Made by a program: the position numbers and the translations under genes. From Sphaerobacterales bacterium (GTDB lineage: Bacteria > Chloroflexota > Chloroflexia > Thermomicrobiales > UBA6265): a stretch of DNA of 37,913 bases. The number at the start of each line of letters is the position of its first letter. Position 1 is the stretch's first letter. The stretch is from positions 1 through 37,913 of the forward strand of contig JBEIRG010000002.1 in assembly GCA_040376155.1 (NCBI GenBank), written 5' to 3'. Below, one piece after another: positions 1 through 9,691 of the stretch. The notes under the pieces were generated by a model. It made no database searches. It was not told the origin of the DNA and saw only the letters and a list, made by a program, of their open reading frames with translations.

Positions 1-2
1 CA

Positions 3-2123
3 TGGGGAATCGAGGCGACGCTTCGGTTCGATGGCCTGGCCTCCCTCTATGCCCTGCTTGCAACCGGTATCGGGCTGGCGGTGCTGATCTACGCCAGCGC
101 CTACATGCCGATCCACCTCCATCACGAGCACAAACCGGAGCGGGACGGGGTCAGGTTCTGGGTGCTGATGACCTCGTTCATGGCCGCGATGGTGTGGCTG
201 GCGGCCGCGCAGGACCTGCTGGTGCTCTTCGTCGCCTGGGATGTGACGGCGGTCGCGTCCTACTTCCTGATCGGCTTCGATTCCGAAAAACCGGCCGCGC
301 GCCGTGCCGCGCTGATGGCCCTGTTCGTCACTGGCGTGAGCGCGATCGGCATCCTGATTGGCGCGGTGATGCTTCGGACGATCTATGGATCGCTGGAGAT
401 CGGCGTGCTCGCCGAGCGAGTGCAGCCGAGCGCGTGGACCACCGTCGCGCTGGCGCTGATCGCAATCGGAGCGCTTGCGAAGAGCGCGCAGGTCCCGTTC
501 CACTTCTGGCTGCCGCGGGCGATGGCCGCGCCAACGCCGGTCTCCTCCTACCTCCATTCGGCGGCGATGGTGGCCGCCGGGGTCTACCTGCTGGCCCGGG
601 TGTATCCGCTGCTGGCGGCCGCGCCGGACGTGCGGGAGGCGCTGGTCGTCATCGGGTTCCTCTCGATGATAGTGGGTGGGCTTCTTGCTCTCGGCGCGGA
701 CGAGTTCAAGCGACTGCTGGCCTACTCGACGATAGCCCAGTACGGCTATGTGGTGGTCATGCTGGGGCTGGGCGGGAAGTACGGAATCGCGGGGTCGGCG
801 CTTTACGTGCTGGCGCATGCGCTGGGGAAGTGCGGGCTCTTCCTGACGGCTGGCGCGGCAACCGAGGCAACCGGCGAGAAGGCCCTGTCGAAGGTTGGCG
901 GGCTGGGGGCGACGCAGCCAGTGCTGGCAGTTGCCTCGGGCCTGTGCGCGGCAACGCTTGCCGCGTTTCCGCTGACGATCGGGTTCTTCAAGGATGAGGT
1001 GTTCTTCGAGGCGGCGCACCATCAGGGTCGCCTGGTGACCGCCCTGGCGGTGCTTGCCGCAGCCTCGACGTTCGGGTACATCGCGCGGTTCTGGACCGGC
1101 ATCTTCCTCGGCGCGCCGAAGCAGGGAGCCCATGCGCTTCCGCGACGGCTCGTCCTGCCGATCCTCGCGCTTGGAGCGATCGCGGTCGTTGGGGGGGTGA
1201 AGGTCGGGCCGTTCGCGGCCATTGCGTCCGCGGCGGGGCAGGCCTCATCACCGGGACTGAAGCCGTTGACGCTGGCCTACCATCTGGAGGCGAGTCCGGC
1301 GAACCTGATGGCGGTGGCGGCCTGGGGGCTGGGCATCGCAGTCTTCCTCGCCGCGCGGCATGGACGGGCGGCGCTGGATGCCTTTGCCGCGCTGGGGAAG
1401 CGGTTCGGGCCGGAACACGGGTATATCCGGGTGCTCGGTGGCGCAAACCGGCTCTCCGACGTGATTCACGACTTCGAGGTGCATGATCTCCGCAGCCGGA
1501 TGGCGGCGCTCCTGCTGCCGGCTGGAGTGCTGGTGGCGTTGGCCGTTCTCGCGACGCCCAACGAGAACGCCTGGAGCGTTGGCGTGATGTCGATGGCCGA
1601 TTTGCCGCTGGTGCTCGCGATGATCGCGGCGGCGATCGTCGGTCTGGCGGCGACCATCCCGCGGGATCACCTCCTGATCGGATTGCTGCTCTCCGGGGTC
1701 GGGTATAGCCTGACGATTGTGTATGCGTTGACCGGCGCGCCGGATGTCGCGCTTGTCGCAGTGTTGGTGGAGACGCTGTTTTCGTTGCTCTTCATCGGGA
1801 TGCTGGCCGCGATGCCCCCCCGGTTGCTCGATCGGGCAGCTGGAGCGGTCAGCACCGACATCCGCAGGCGGCGTGACGTCGGGATCGGCGTGATTTCCGG
1901 CATTCTCGGTTTCGTGGTCTGCTGGGGCGCGCTGTCACGACCCGCCGCGGTCGAAAGCGCTGCCGAGGAGCAGATCGCGCTGGTGAAGGCAGCGCACGCG
2001 AAGGATGTGGTCACGGCCATCCTCGCCGACTTCCGAGGGTTGGACACGATGGGCGAGATCACGGTCATCGGGATCGCGCTGATCGGGCTGCTTGCGCTGC
2101 TCCGGCGGAGGCCGGCCCGATGA
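3..2123 (+). CDS. mrpA: Na+/H+ antiporter Mrp/Mnh subunit A (NuoL-like), 5'-truncated by the window edge
   Basis: Frame 3 is open from nt 3 (GIEATLRFDGLASLYALLATGIGLAVLIYASAYM...), so the M at 81 is internal. Polytopic NuoL/MnhA-type sequence (WDVTAVASYFLIGF, AQVPFHFWLPRAMAAPTPVSSYLHSA). Followed by mrpB-G in canonical order. Confidence 0.85.
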   Translation, partial: WGIEATLRFDGLASLYALLATGIGLAVLIYASAYMPIHLHHEHKPERDGVRFWVLMTSFMAAMVWLAAAQDLLVLFVAWDVTAVASYFLIGFDSEKPAARRAALMALFVTGVSAIGILIGAVMLRTIYGSLEIGVLAERVQPSAWTTVALALIAIGALAKSAQVPFHFWLPRAMAAPTPVSSYLHSAAMVAAGVYLLARVYPLLAAAPDVREALVVIGFLSMIVGGLLALGADEFKRLLAYSTIAQYGYVVVMLGLGGKYGIAGSALYVLAHALGKCGLFLTAGAATEATGEKALSKVGGLGATQPVLAVASGLCAATLAAFPLTIGFFKDEVFFEAAHHQGRLVTALAVLAAASTFGYIARFWTGIFLGAPKQGAHALPRRLVLPILALGAIAVVGGVKVGPFAAIASAAGQASSPGLKPLTLAYHLEASPANLMAVAAWGLGIAVFLAARHGRAALDAFAALGKRFGPEHGYIRVLGGANRLSDVIHDFEVHDLRSRMAALLLPAGVLVALAVLATPNENAWSVGVMSMADLPLVLAMIAAAIVGLAATIPRDHLLIGLLLSGVGYSLTIVYALTGAPDVALVAVLVETLFSLLFIGMLAAMPPRLLDRAAGAVSTDIRRRRDVGIGVISGILGFVVCWGALSRPAAVESAAEEQIALVKAAHAKDVVTAILADFRGLDTMGEITVIGIALIGLLALLRRRPAR

Positions 2124-2560
2124 CGACGCTGGTGACGCGGATCGTGTCCCGCGGGTTGCTGGCGCCCGCCTTCATGGTGGCGTTCGCGATCATGATCAAG
2201 GGGTACGTGGACACCGGCGACGGGTTCGCGGCTGGATGCATCGCGGCGCTGGCGGTGCTCCTTCAATACGTCGCCTTCGGTCCGGACGTGGTCGAGCGGA
2301 CGCTTCCGGTGCGGTATGCGCCGGGGGCGGTGGCGGTGGGGCTGGCGATCTCGCTGGTGGTCACCTTCTGGCCGGTCGTCATTGGCAGGTCGATCCTGAC
2401 CCACGCGCCGCTGCCCGATCAGCATGCGATCCACTTCGGTGCGTTGGAGCTGCTGACGGCGATGGCGTTCGATGTCGGCGTCTTCCTCGTCGTGCTGGGG
2501 TTTTCGGTATCCACGATCCGGCTGATCGCCGGCCTGGGCCAGGGGAGGTCGTCCCGGTGA
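2120..2560 (+). CDS. mrpB: Na+/H+ antiporter Mrp/Mnh subunit B
   Basis: 146-aa membrane protein (MnhB-like: GYVDTGDGFAAGCIAALAVLL). ATGA overlap with the mrpA stop. Position in the cluster fits. Confidence 0.8.
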   Translation: MTTLVTRIVSRGLLAPAFMVAFAIMIKGYVDTGDGFAAGCIAALAVLLQYVAFGPDVVERTLPVRYAPGAVAVGLAISLVVTFWPVVIGRSILTHAPLPDQHAIHFGALELLTAMAFDVGVFLVVLGFSVSTIRLIAGLGQGRSSR

Positions 2561-2967
2561 CGCTCTTCACCTCTCTGATCGTGGCGGTGCTCTTCGGCGC
2601 GGGATGCTTCCTGCTGATGAAGCGGGACTTGCTGCGCGTCGTGGCGGGGACGATTCTCGTCTCCAACGCGCTGAACCTGTTCATCATCTCGGCGGGACTC
2701 TCGCGTGGCGCGGTGCCGATCCTGCCGTTTCCGGATGGCGAACTCGCCGACCCGCTCGTGCAGGCGATGGTGCTGACCGCCATTGTGATCACCTTCGGCG
2801 TGGCGGCGCTGCTGTTGAGCCTCGTCTACCGGGTCTACACCTCGCACCTGTCGCTGGATCTCGAGGACCTTGCGGCTGCGGAGGAACGGGAGGCGGAAGA
2901 CGACGACCGGCCAGATCCGCAAGCGGACGAAGACGAACTGTGGACCACCGGGGAGGACGAACGATGA
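2557..2967 (+). CDS. mrpC: Na+/H+ antiporter Mrp/Mnh subunit C (NuoK-like) with an acidic C-terminal tail
   Basis: GTG at 2557 overlaps the mrpB TGA (GTGA). The sequence VTLFTSLIVAVLFGAGCFLLMKRDLLRVVAGTILVSNALNLFIISAG is NuoK/MnhC-like. The longer track ORF from 2092 is an upstream extension overlapping mrpB. Confidence 0.8.
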   Translation: MTLFTSLIVAVLFGAGCFLLMKRDLLRVVAGTILVSNALNLFIISAGLSRGAVPILPFPDGELADPLVQAMVLTAIVITFGVAALLLSLVYRVYTSHLSLDLEDLAAAEEREAEDDDRPDPQADEDELWTTGEDER

Positions 2968-4352
2968 TCGTGCTGCCCCTCGCGTTGCTCTGGATCGGCG
3001 CGCTCGTCACCGCCTGCCTCGACGGGAGGAAGCGCTCCACGCAGGCCATCGCGCTGGCGGTGTTGCTCGCGGCGTTCTGGCGGGTGATCGAACTGGCGCG
3101 GGCGGTGGTGCGGTCCGGACCGTTCGAGACGACCGCAGGCGGCTGGCCGCCGGGCATCGGCATTACGCTGCGGGCGGACGCGCTGGGGGTGACCTACGCG
3201 GCGCTGTCGCTGGGCGTGCTCTTTGCGGCGCTCGCGTACGAATCGGCCGGGCGAGTACGGTCGCGCTCCTTTCCGGCGCTGGTGCTGGCCATCGGGCTCG
3301 GGCTGACTGGCGTTTTCCTGACGGCCGATGCGTTTAACTTCTACGTGTTCTTCGAGATTTCGATGATCGCGGCGTATGTTCTGACCAGCTATGGCGAGCG
3401 CACGCGGCAGTTGCGCTCGGCCACGATCTTCTCGCTGGTGAACCTCGTCGGGTCAGCCTTCTTCCTCTTTGGCATCGTCGCGCTCTATCACGCGACGGGA
3501 ACGCTGGACATGGTGGAGATCGCCGGCCGGCTCGATCTGGCAGGGCAAAACTCCTCGGCGTTGATCGGGACGATGATCTTCGTCGCGTTCTCGATCAAAC
3601 TCGGCATCTTCCCTTTCCACCCGTGGCTGCCTCCGGTTTACACGGGAACACGGGTCGCGGTTGCAGCGATCCTGAGCGGCGCGTTGGCGAATATCGGGTC
3701 CTACGGGCTGCTGCGGTTCGGCGCGGGGATGATGCCGAAGCAACTGGAGTTGGCGTCGCCGGTGCTGGTCGTGCTTGGCGTTGCGAGCATTCTCTACGGT
3801 GGAATCCTTGCCATCTCGCGGCATGAACCGGCGGAGGTGATCGCCTATTCGTCCATCGGGCAGGTCGGGTATGTGCTGGTGGCGGTCGCCATTGGCGGGC
3901 CGGCCGGGTTTTCGGCCGCGATCCTCATGGCGATCGTGAATGCGCTGGCCAAGCCGCTCCTCTTCATGTCCGCGCCCTTGCGCGGATGGGCGCTCGGCAT
4001 TCCATTCGCGGTGGGCGCCTTCAGCGTGGCGGGGATTCCCCCGGCGGCAGGGTTCTGGGGCAAGGCATCGCTGATCGATGCCGCGCTGACGACGGGGTCG
4101 AGCATCGAGCGGGTGTCGCTGATCGTGCTCATCCTCGTTGGCAGCGGACTTTCGGTGTTCTACATGTTCCAGGCATACCAGCGGGAATACTGGGAACCGC
4201 ACGAGCAGGAGGGGCGACCCAGCGCGCGCGGGCGGCTTGCGGTTGTCGCCGGGCTGGCGGTCCTGGTTGTCGCCCTTGGTGTCTGGCCGGAGCCGATGCT
4301 GGCGGCGGCAAAGGCTGCTGCGGCGGTGCTTGCGCCGGGAGGCGGATCATGA
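2964..4352 (+). CDS. mrpD: Na+/H+ antiporter Mrp/Mnh subunit D (NuoM/N-like)
   Basis: ATG 2964 overlaps the mrpC stop (ATGA). MIVLPLALLWIGALVTA..., with proton-pumping-subunit motifs (FFEISMIAAYVL, KLGIFPFHPWLPPVY). The track ORF from 2604 is an out-of-context extension. Confidence 0.85.
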   Translation: MIVLPLALLWIGALVTACLDGRKRSTQAIALAVLLAAFWRVIELARAVVRSGPFETTAGGWPPGIGITLRADALGVTYAALSLGVLFAALAYESAGRVRSRSFPALVLAIGLGLTGVFLTADAFNFYVFFEISMIAAYVLTSYGERTRQLRSATIFSLVNLVGSAFFLFGIVALYHATGTLDMVEIAGRLDLAGQNSSALIGTMIFVAFSIKLGIFPFHPWLPPVYTGTRVAVAAILSGALANIGSYGLLRFGAGMMPKQLELASPVLVVLGVASILYGGILAISRHEPAEVIAYSSIGQVGYVLVAVAIGGPAGFSAAILMAIVNALAKPLLFMSAPLRGWALGIPFAVGAFSVAGIPPAAGFWGKASLIDAALTTGSSIERVSLIVLILVGSGLSVFYMFQAYQREYWEPHEQEGRPSARGRLAVVAGLAVLVVALGVWPEPMLAAAKAAAAVLAPGGGS

Positions 4353-4843
4353 GCGCCTTCATCCTCCGCGTTGCCTTGCTGACTGCCGTCTACATGCTGG
4401 TGCTGGCGAGCCATGAGTGGCAGGACGCGGTGGTTGGCGCAGTGCTGGCGACGCTGGTGCTGGCGGGGACCCGCGCGTTTCGCCAGACGGATCGGGTGTC
4501 GCAGCGGTCGTTCGACCTGCGGACCGTGATCGCGTTCGTACCGTTCACGCTGGCCGTGCTGGTGGACATCCTGAAGGGGAGTGCCCAGGTTGCCGCCTAT
4601 GTGTCCGGGATTCGGCCGCTGGTCAAGCCCGGGATCGTGCGCATCCCGTATGGAGAGCGGACGCAGCAGGGGGTGGTCGTTTCCGGCATCCTGCTGACGC
4701 TGGCGCCGGGGTCGGTGCTGGTCGATCTGGATGACGAGCGGCGGGAGATGATCGTTCACGCAATCGATGCGAGCGACCCGGCGCAGGTGATCGCAGGGGT
4801 GCAGGAGTTTTACGAGCGGCATCAGCGACGGGTGTTCCCGTAG
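4349..4843 (+). CDS. mrpE: Na+/H+ antiporter Mrp/Mnh subunit E
   Basis: ATG 4349 overlaps the mrpD stop (ATGA). MSAFILRVALLTAVYMLVLASHEWQDAVVG... is MnhE-like. Position in the cluster fits. Confidence 0.75.
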   Translation: MSAFILRVALLTAVYMLVLASHEWQDAVVGAVLATLVLAGTRAFRQTDRVSQRSFDLRTVIAFVPFTLAVLVDILKGSAQVAAYVSGIRPLVKPGIVRIPYGERTQQGVVVSGILLTLAPGSVLVDLDDERREMIVHAIDASDPAQVIAGVQEFYERHQRRVFP

Positions 4844-4850
4844 GGAGGGC

Positions 4851-5123
4851 ATGAGCATGCCGGTGCAACTGTTCGTTTTCGCGACCGTCTGGGTGACGGC
4901 GCTCATCGCGGCGCTGGTGATCGGGATGATCGGCGCGCGCTCGAGCATGACCAAACTGCTGATGCTGGACACGGTTACGCTTTGCCTGGCGACGCTGCTG
5001 ATTCTTTACAGCGACTCGGTCAACCGGCCGTATTATGTGGATGCCGCGCTCGCCCTCGCGCTGCTCTCGTTCATTGGCACCATCGCCGCGGCGCACTACT
5101 ACGGCGACCGGAAGGTGTTCTGA
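4851..5123 (+). CDS. mrpF: Na+/H+ antiporter Mrp/Mnh subunit F
   Basis: 90-aa, three-TM small subunit. GGGAGGG SD just upstream; the second ATG at 4857 has better spacing and may be the true start. Confidence 0.75.
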   Translation: MSMPVQLFVFATVWVTALIAALVIGMIGARSSMTKLLMLDTVTLCLATLLILYSDSVNRPYYVDAALALALLSFIGTIAAAHYYGDRKVF

Positions 5124-5452
5124 TGAGTCACACACTCGACCTGATCGGAGATGCCCTCGTTATCGGGGCGTTGCTGGTGCTGACGATCGGGGTGTTCGGC
5201 GTCGTGCGGATGCCGAACCTGGCGCTGAAGATCCACGCGGCCTCGATGATGGTCGTGCTGGGAGCGGTGGTGATCGCGCTCGCATCTGCCGCGACCGGGA
5301 TTCCGGGCATTGCAGCCCGGGGGGTGCTGGTGGCGGTTCTTCTTCTGATGACGACCCCGGTGGCCGCGCACGCGATGGCGCGGGCCGCGTGGCAACGTGG
5401 GGAGTTGATGGAGGAAGAAGACGGCGCAGGTTGCATGCATCTGCCGCGCTGA
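5123..5452 (+). CDS. mrpG: Na+/H+ antiporter Mrp/Mnh subunit G
   Basis: ATG 5123 overlaps the mrpF TGA. MSHTLDLIGDALVIGALLVLTIGVFGVVRMPN...TTPVAAHAMARAA is the MnhG/PhaG signature. Confidence 0.8.
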   Translation: MSHTLDLIGDALVIGALLVLTIGVFGVVRMPNLALKIHAASMMVVLGAVVIALASAATGIPGIAARGVLVAVLLLMTTPVAAHAMARAAWQRGELMEEEDGAGCMHLPR

Positions 5453-5567
5453 CCTCCGGTGCTCCGGGCGCTCTGTTTCGGCCGCGGGCGGCGCACTTCG
5501 CCATCGTCGGCAGGATGAACGTGCCGATGCTCGCGGATGGCTGGGGCAACCTGATTCAATCCCGGGG

Positions 5568-7538
5568 CTACTCTCCGTTATCGGGCGCGATCGGGAAGGT
5601 CATCGTGGCGCGCGTGCCGAGGCCCCCCCGCTCGAGGGTGAACGATCCCTGCAGGTCCGAGGTCACGAGCCGCTGCACAATGCGCATGCCCAGCCCGGTG
5701 GACATGTCGGGCGTGAATCCGTCAGGCGGCTGATTGCCGTCGTTCTCCACGGTGACGGTGGCGATGCCCTTGTCCTGGGTGGCGGCGATCGAAATGTGGC
5801 CCCGTTCCGATCCCGAGAAGCCATGCCGGACGGCATTGGCCACCAGTTCATTGACCAGCAGGGCCATGATGGTCGCCTGCTTCGATGGAAGCATGACGTC
5901 GCTGGGGGCGATGTCGAACTGGACGGTCAATCCCGGCGGGATGAGCGTGCGGTGGGCCTCGTCGGCGACATGGCGAGCGATGACGTCGGCGGTGGTGCCG
6001 GCGAGACGGGTTTCGTCACTGAGAAGGTCGTGGATGGAGGCGATGGCCTGCACGCGGCTGACTGCCTCGCGGAGGGCGCCCGCCCACGGGGCGTCCTCGT
6101 TCTTGCGAAGCTGGAGCGAGAGCAGGGCAGCCACCGTCTGCAGGTTGTTGCGGACGCGGTGGTGCATCTCCTGGAGCAGGGCGGATGCGGTGACATAGCC
6201 CTGGAGGGCGTCCTGGTAGTGAGTCGCGTTTTCGATGGCGAGGGTGGCGGCATCGGAGAAGGCCTGCAAGAGGTTGAGTTGGTCTTCCGTGAGCTCGGTT
6301 TCGGTCGCGAGGCGAAGGCAAAGCGCGCCGAGGGTTTCCCGCGCCGAGCGGAGGGGCATGCAGAACAGGCGAGCCGATCCATCGGTGTATTCGAGATCGA
6401 CCGAACCGGGTTCGCCGGACTGGACGACCGAGGTGATCGCGGCGTCGCGGCTGGGTTCGTCAACGGCCTCGCGCATGCGTCCGACGCGGTACTCGATGGT
6501 GGGTCCGGCAATGCTCCCACCGCGGCGCTTGGGCAGGCGAAAGATGCCAGCGGATTCGACGTTGACCAGTTGCACGGCCTGTTCAGCGATGGAGCGGAGT
6601 ACATCGCCAAGATCGAGGTTGGAGGCGATGGTATGGGAAACCCGCTGCAGGGTGCCGAGCTCCGCGATCTTCTGCTGGAGCCGTGCGTCGGTCTGGCTGT
6701 AAAGCCGGGCGTTTTCGATGCTGATGGCGAGTTCACCGGCCATTGTCTCGAGGAAGGCGATTTCGTCAGGCGGATACCTGCGTTGCTCGACGGAGAGAAT
6801 GTTCATCACCCCGACGAGGCGAACGGTGTCTGAGCCGTGGCCGATAAGGAGCGGGACCGACACCTGGGAGGTGTAAAGGTCCTCGCCGGTACTTGGAACC
6901 GGTACGTAGCTCGGATGGTTACGAGCCTCCGGGGCGACGATGACGCGTCGGGTGAGCGCCGCTTCGCCGGTGATGCCGTGCCCGAGGCGCCCGGTGACGA
7001 CGCCGATAGCGGATGGGTTGATGCCGACTGCTGCCCGAAGCGAGAGCGTGCCGGTGCCCTCGTCGTAGAGGGCGAGGGCGCAGGCGTCCGCGCCGGTGGT
7101 CTCGGCGACGACGCGGACGCACGATTCGAGCCGGGTCGCGAGGTCGAGGCTGGCGGTGGCTGTGCGGTTGATGCGGTGCAAGGCCTCCAGCCACGCGATT
7201 GGAGCATCCTTGAGACTTGCTTCCTGGAGGTCGACGGGCGCCTCGGCGGCATGAAACCCGTCCGCGACCCCGGCGAGCGCGATTCCGGCGGCGAGGGTGA
7301 CGGACGCATCGGTGCCGCCGGGGCTGATCCGGTGGAGTGCGCTCTGGAAGACGTCGATGCCTGCCGCCATGGCGTCCTCGAGGGGAACGCTGGCGGTGCG
7401 GGCGGCCATTCCAAACTCCCGGAAGGCTTCGCGCATGGGAGCGGCGCCGATGGTGGCGGCGCCTGCTTCGGAATAGGCGGATCGGATGCGGCCGAGCAAG
7501 TCGTCGGCGAGGGTGTGGATCGAGGTTGCGGAAACCAT
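5568..7538 (-). CDS. Sensor histidine kinase with GAF domains, HisKA_2-type dimerisation/phosphoacceptor domain and HATPase_c
   Basis: 656-aa ORF. H-box LLQEMHHRVRNNLQTVAALLSLQL (HisKA_2 type). ATPase G-boxes (VENDGNQPP, GLGMRIVQRL). Two GAF-like segments. GGAGA SD 8 nt upstream of the ATG. Confidence 0.8.
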   Translation of the reverse strand: MVSATSIHTLADDLLGRIRSAYSEAGAATIGAAPMREAFREFGMAARTASVPLEDAMAAGIDVFQSALHRISPGGTDASVTLAAGIALAGVADGFHAAEAPVDLQEASLKDAPIAWLEALHRINRTATASLDLATRLESCVRVVAETTGADACALALYDEGTGTLSLRAAVGINPSAIGVVTGRLGHGITGEAALTRRVIVAPEARNHPSYVPVPSTGEDLYTSQVSVPLLIGHGSDTVRLVGVMNILSVEQRRYPPDEIAFLETMAGELAISIENARLYSQTDARLQQKIAELGTLQRVSHTIASNLDLGDVLRSIAEQAVQLVNVESAGIFRLPKRRGGSIAGPTIEYRVGRMREAVDEPSRDAAITSVVQSGEPGSVDLEYTDGSARLFCMPLRSARETLGALCLRLATETELTEDQLNLLQAFSDAATLAIENATHYQDALQGYVTASALLQEMHHRVRNNLQTVAALLSLQLRKNEDAPWAGALREAVSRVQAIASIHDLLSDETRLAGTTADVIARHVADEAHRTLIPPGLTVQFDIAPSDVMLPSKQATIMALLVNELVANAVRHGFSGSERGHISIAATQDKGIATVTVENDGNQPPDGFTPDMSTGLGMRIVQRLVTSDLQGSFTLERGGLGTRATMTFPIAPDNGE

Positions 7539-7560
7539 GACGGACGTCTCCGGGAACGCG

Positions 7561-9615
7561 CTACAGGTGGGAGTCGAACCAGCCGATGAGGTGATGAAGC
7601 CGTGCGAGGCGACGGCTTGGGGTCCCGGTGCGCGAGAGGTTGTGGTCCTCGTCGGGAATCCGGATGAACCGCGTCTCCCGTTCGAGCCGCTTGAGCGCCG
7701 TGAAGAGTTGTTCCGCCTGCTCGATTGGGCAGCGAAGATCGGCTTCGTTGTGGATGATCAGCAGCGGCGTGCGTATGCTTCCGGCGTAGGTGATCGGAGA
7801 GTGCTTGAGGAGCAGTTTGGCGTCATCCCACGGATTGCCGCCGAATTCGTATTGGCCGAAATCGAAGCCAATGTCGCTGGTGCCGTACATCGAGTGGAAG
7901 TTTGCGACGCACCGCTGCGTGACGGCCGCCGCGAATCGGTCGGTATGGCCGACGATCCAGTTGGTGAGGTAGCCGCCGTATGAGCCGCCAGTCACGCCGA
8001 TGCGATCGGGATCGACGAAGCCCAGCGCGACCGCCGCGTCTACCGCGCCCATGATGTCGGGCATGTCCGCCTCGCCCCAGCGGGCGCGGGTGCAGGTGGC
8101 GAACTCCTCGCCGTAGCCTGCGGAGCCGCGCGGGTTGGTGAAGAGGACCACGTGGCCGCGCGCCGCCATGAGCTGCATCTCATGAAAGGGCGCATGGCCA
8201 TACATGGCGTGTGGGCCGCCGTGGATCTGGACGATCATCGGATGCTTCACCGCAGGGTCGAACCCCGGAGGCGTGATGATCCAGCCTTGAATATCGCGGT
8301 CGCCTGCCGCGCTGCGGAAGACGATCTCCTCTGCGGGGGAGCGTGTGACCTCCGCGAGGAATTGTTCGTTGTGATTGGTCAGCTGCCGCCAGCCCGAACC
8401 GTCGGCCTTGCAGGCGTAGAGCTCGAAGGGGGTCACGCTATCCGCAGCAAGGCAGACGATCTGCTTGCCCGCCGGGGCGAACGCGGCGATGCGGCGCGTG
8501 CCGGAGGTGATCGGTTTCGCGTCGCCGCCTTTCGCCGCGATCTTCCAGATGTGGGTCTCACCGCGGGCTGAACCGAGCGTGAGGATCGCCTTGCCATCGG
8601 GGAACCAGACCGGCCGGGAGTCTGACGCGACAAAGAGGTCGCTCATGCCCTCGTCGGTGAAGGTCTGGTCGATGTCGGAGGTCAGGCAGCGTGGTTTGCC
8701 GCCGCCTGTCTTCGCGGTCCAGACGCGAACGATGCGTCCCGAGGCGTTGGCGGTCTCGTGCCCGAGGAAGGCAATGCTCGCGCCATCGGGCGCCCATGCG
8801 GGAGCGCCGAAACTGGCGTCGAGTTCGGCGATCGCGCGGATGTCGCCACCTGCGGCGGGGACCGCGTAGATGGCGGAAATGGCATTGAGACCGTTGCCTG
8901 CGCTTCGGTTGCCGGTGAAGGCGATCAACCTGCCGTCCGGGGACCATGCGAGGTCGCCATCATCGACATCACCGAAGGTCAACTGGACGGGGTCGCCGCC
9001 TGCAGCGGGGATGGTCCAGATGTGAGTCCGCTTTCCCGCGACGAATCCGCGGCCATCGTGCCGGTAGCGGATGGCTTCGATCACGCGCTCGTCCGCGACC
9101 GGGTCGGTGACGGTAGGGCGGTCCCGGTCATCCTTTGCCTCGACGGAGGAAAGGAAAGCGATGGCGCGTCCATCCGGCGACCAGTCCGGGGAGGATGCGC
9201 CAAGTGGACGGTTGGTGAGTTGACGCGCCTCGCCGCCTGTCACGGAGATGGTCCAGATCTGCGGCGGGTGCTTGTCTCCAGGGTCCTCTTTTGCGTTTTC
9301 CGGCGCCCGGTGCGGCGTGCGGGTGGAGGAAAAGGCGATGGTCTGGCCATCTGGTGACCAGCGCGGGTGGCTGTCGCGTCCGTCGCCGCTGGTCAATTGC
9401 CGTGGCTCGCCGCCATCGAGGTGTACCAGCCAGATGGATGACCGGTACGCATCGGCGGCCTTGTCGAGGCGGGTGACGACGTAGGCGACGCGCTTCCCGT
9501 CGGGAGCGGGTCGGGGATCGCTGACAAGGGCAATGGCGAACAGGTCGTCCGGGGTGACAAGGCGACCGCCGGGAGTCGATGGCGCGGGGGGGTTCGGGGC
9601 GCGGTTGCGGGGCAT
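7561..9615 (-). CDS. S9 family serine peptidase (prolyl oligopeptidase/acylaminoacyl-peptidase type) with an N-terminal beta-propeller
   Basis: 684 aa. Repeated 'SPDG..IAF' propeller blades. Catalytic nucleophile elbow GGSYGGYLTNW, with downstream D and H (DEDHNL). AGGAG SD 9 nt upstream. Only 22 nt from the downstream kinase gene. Confidence 0.85.
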   Translation of the reverse strand: MPRNRAPNPPAPSTPGGRLVTPDDLFAIALVSDPRPAPDGKRVAYVVTRLDKAADAYRSSIWLVHLDGGEPRQLTSGDGRDSHPRWSPDGQTIAFSSTRTPHRAPENAKEDPGDKHPPQIWTISVTGGEARQLTNRPLGASSPDWSPDGRAIAFLSSVEAKDDRDRPTVTDPVADERVIEAIRYRHDGRGFVAGKRTHIWTIPAAGGDPVQLTFGDVDDGDLAWSPDGRLIAFTGNRSAGNGLNAISAIYAVPAAGGDIRAIAELDASFGAPAWAPDGASIAFLGHETANASGRIVRVWTAKTGGGKPRCLTSDIDQTFTDEGMSDLFVASDSRPVWFPDGKAILTLGSARGETHIWKIAAKGGDAKPITSGTRRIAAFAPAGKQIVCLAADSVTPFELYACKADGSGWRQLTNHNEQFLAEVTRSPAEEIVFRSAAGDRDIQGWIITPPGFDPAVKHPMIVQIHGGPHAMYGHAPFHEMQLMAARGHVVLFTNPRGSAGYGEEFATCTRARWGEADMPDIMGAVDAAVALGFVDPDRIGVTGGSYGGYLTNWIVGHTDRFAAAVTQRCVANFHSMYGTSDIGFDFGQYEFGGNPWDDAKLLLKHSPITYAGSIRTPLLIIHNEADLRCPIEQAEQLFTALKRLERETRFIRIPDEDHNLSRTGTPSRRLARLHHLIGWFDSHL

Positions 9616-9637
9616 GACCTGCCGCTCCTGGTGACGT

Positions 9638-9671
9638 GCAAAGGGGTCGCGCCGGCGCCCGGCGCGACCCC
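9638..9671 (-). terminator. Candidate intrinsic terminator downstream of the aldehyde dehydrogenase gene
   Basis: Perfect 13-bp GC-rich stem ggggtcgcgccgg/ccggcgcgacccc (9643-9671) with a 3-nt loop, followed on the minus strand by TTTG. Confidence 0.5.
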
Positions 9672-9691
9672 CGCGGATGAGAGGCCCGCGG

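Noticed and set aside
2-997. 331-aa frame-2 ORF at the window start
   Set aside because: Overlaps the mrpA frame, which shows conserved antiporter motifs. The product is Arg/Gly/Ala-rich.
5796-6833. 345-aa plus-strand ORF, plus several other ORFs overlapping 5568-7589
   Set aside because: Antisense or out of frame relative to the GAF/HisKA_2 kinase gene, which carries clear H-box and ATPase motifs.
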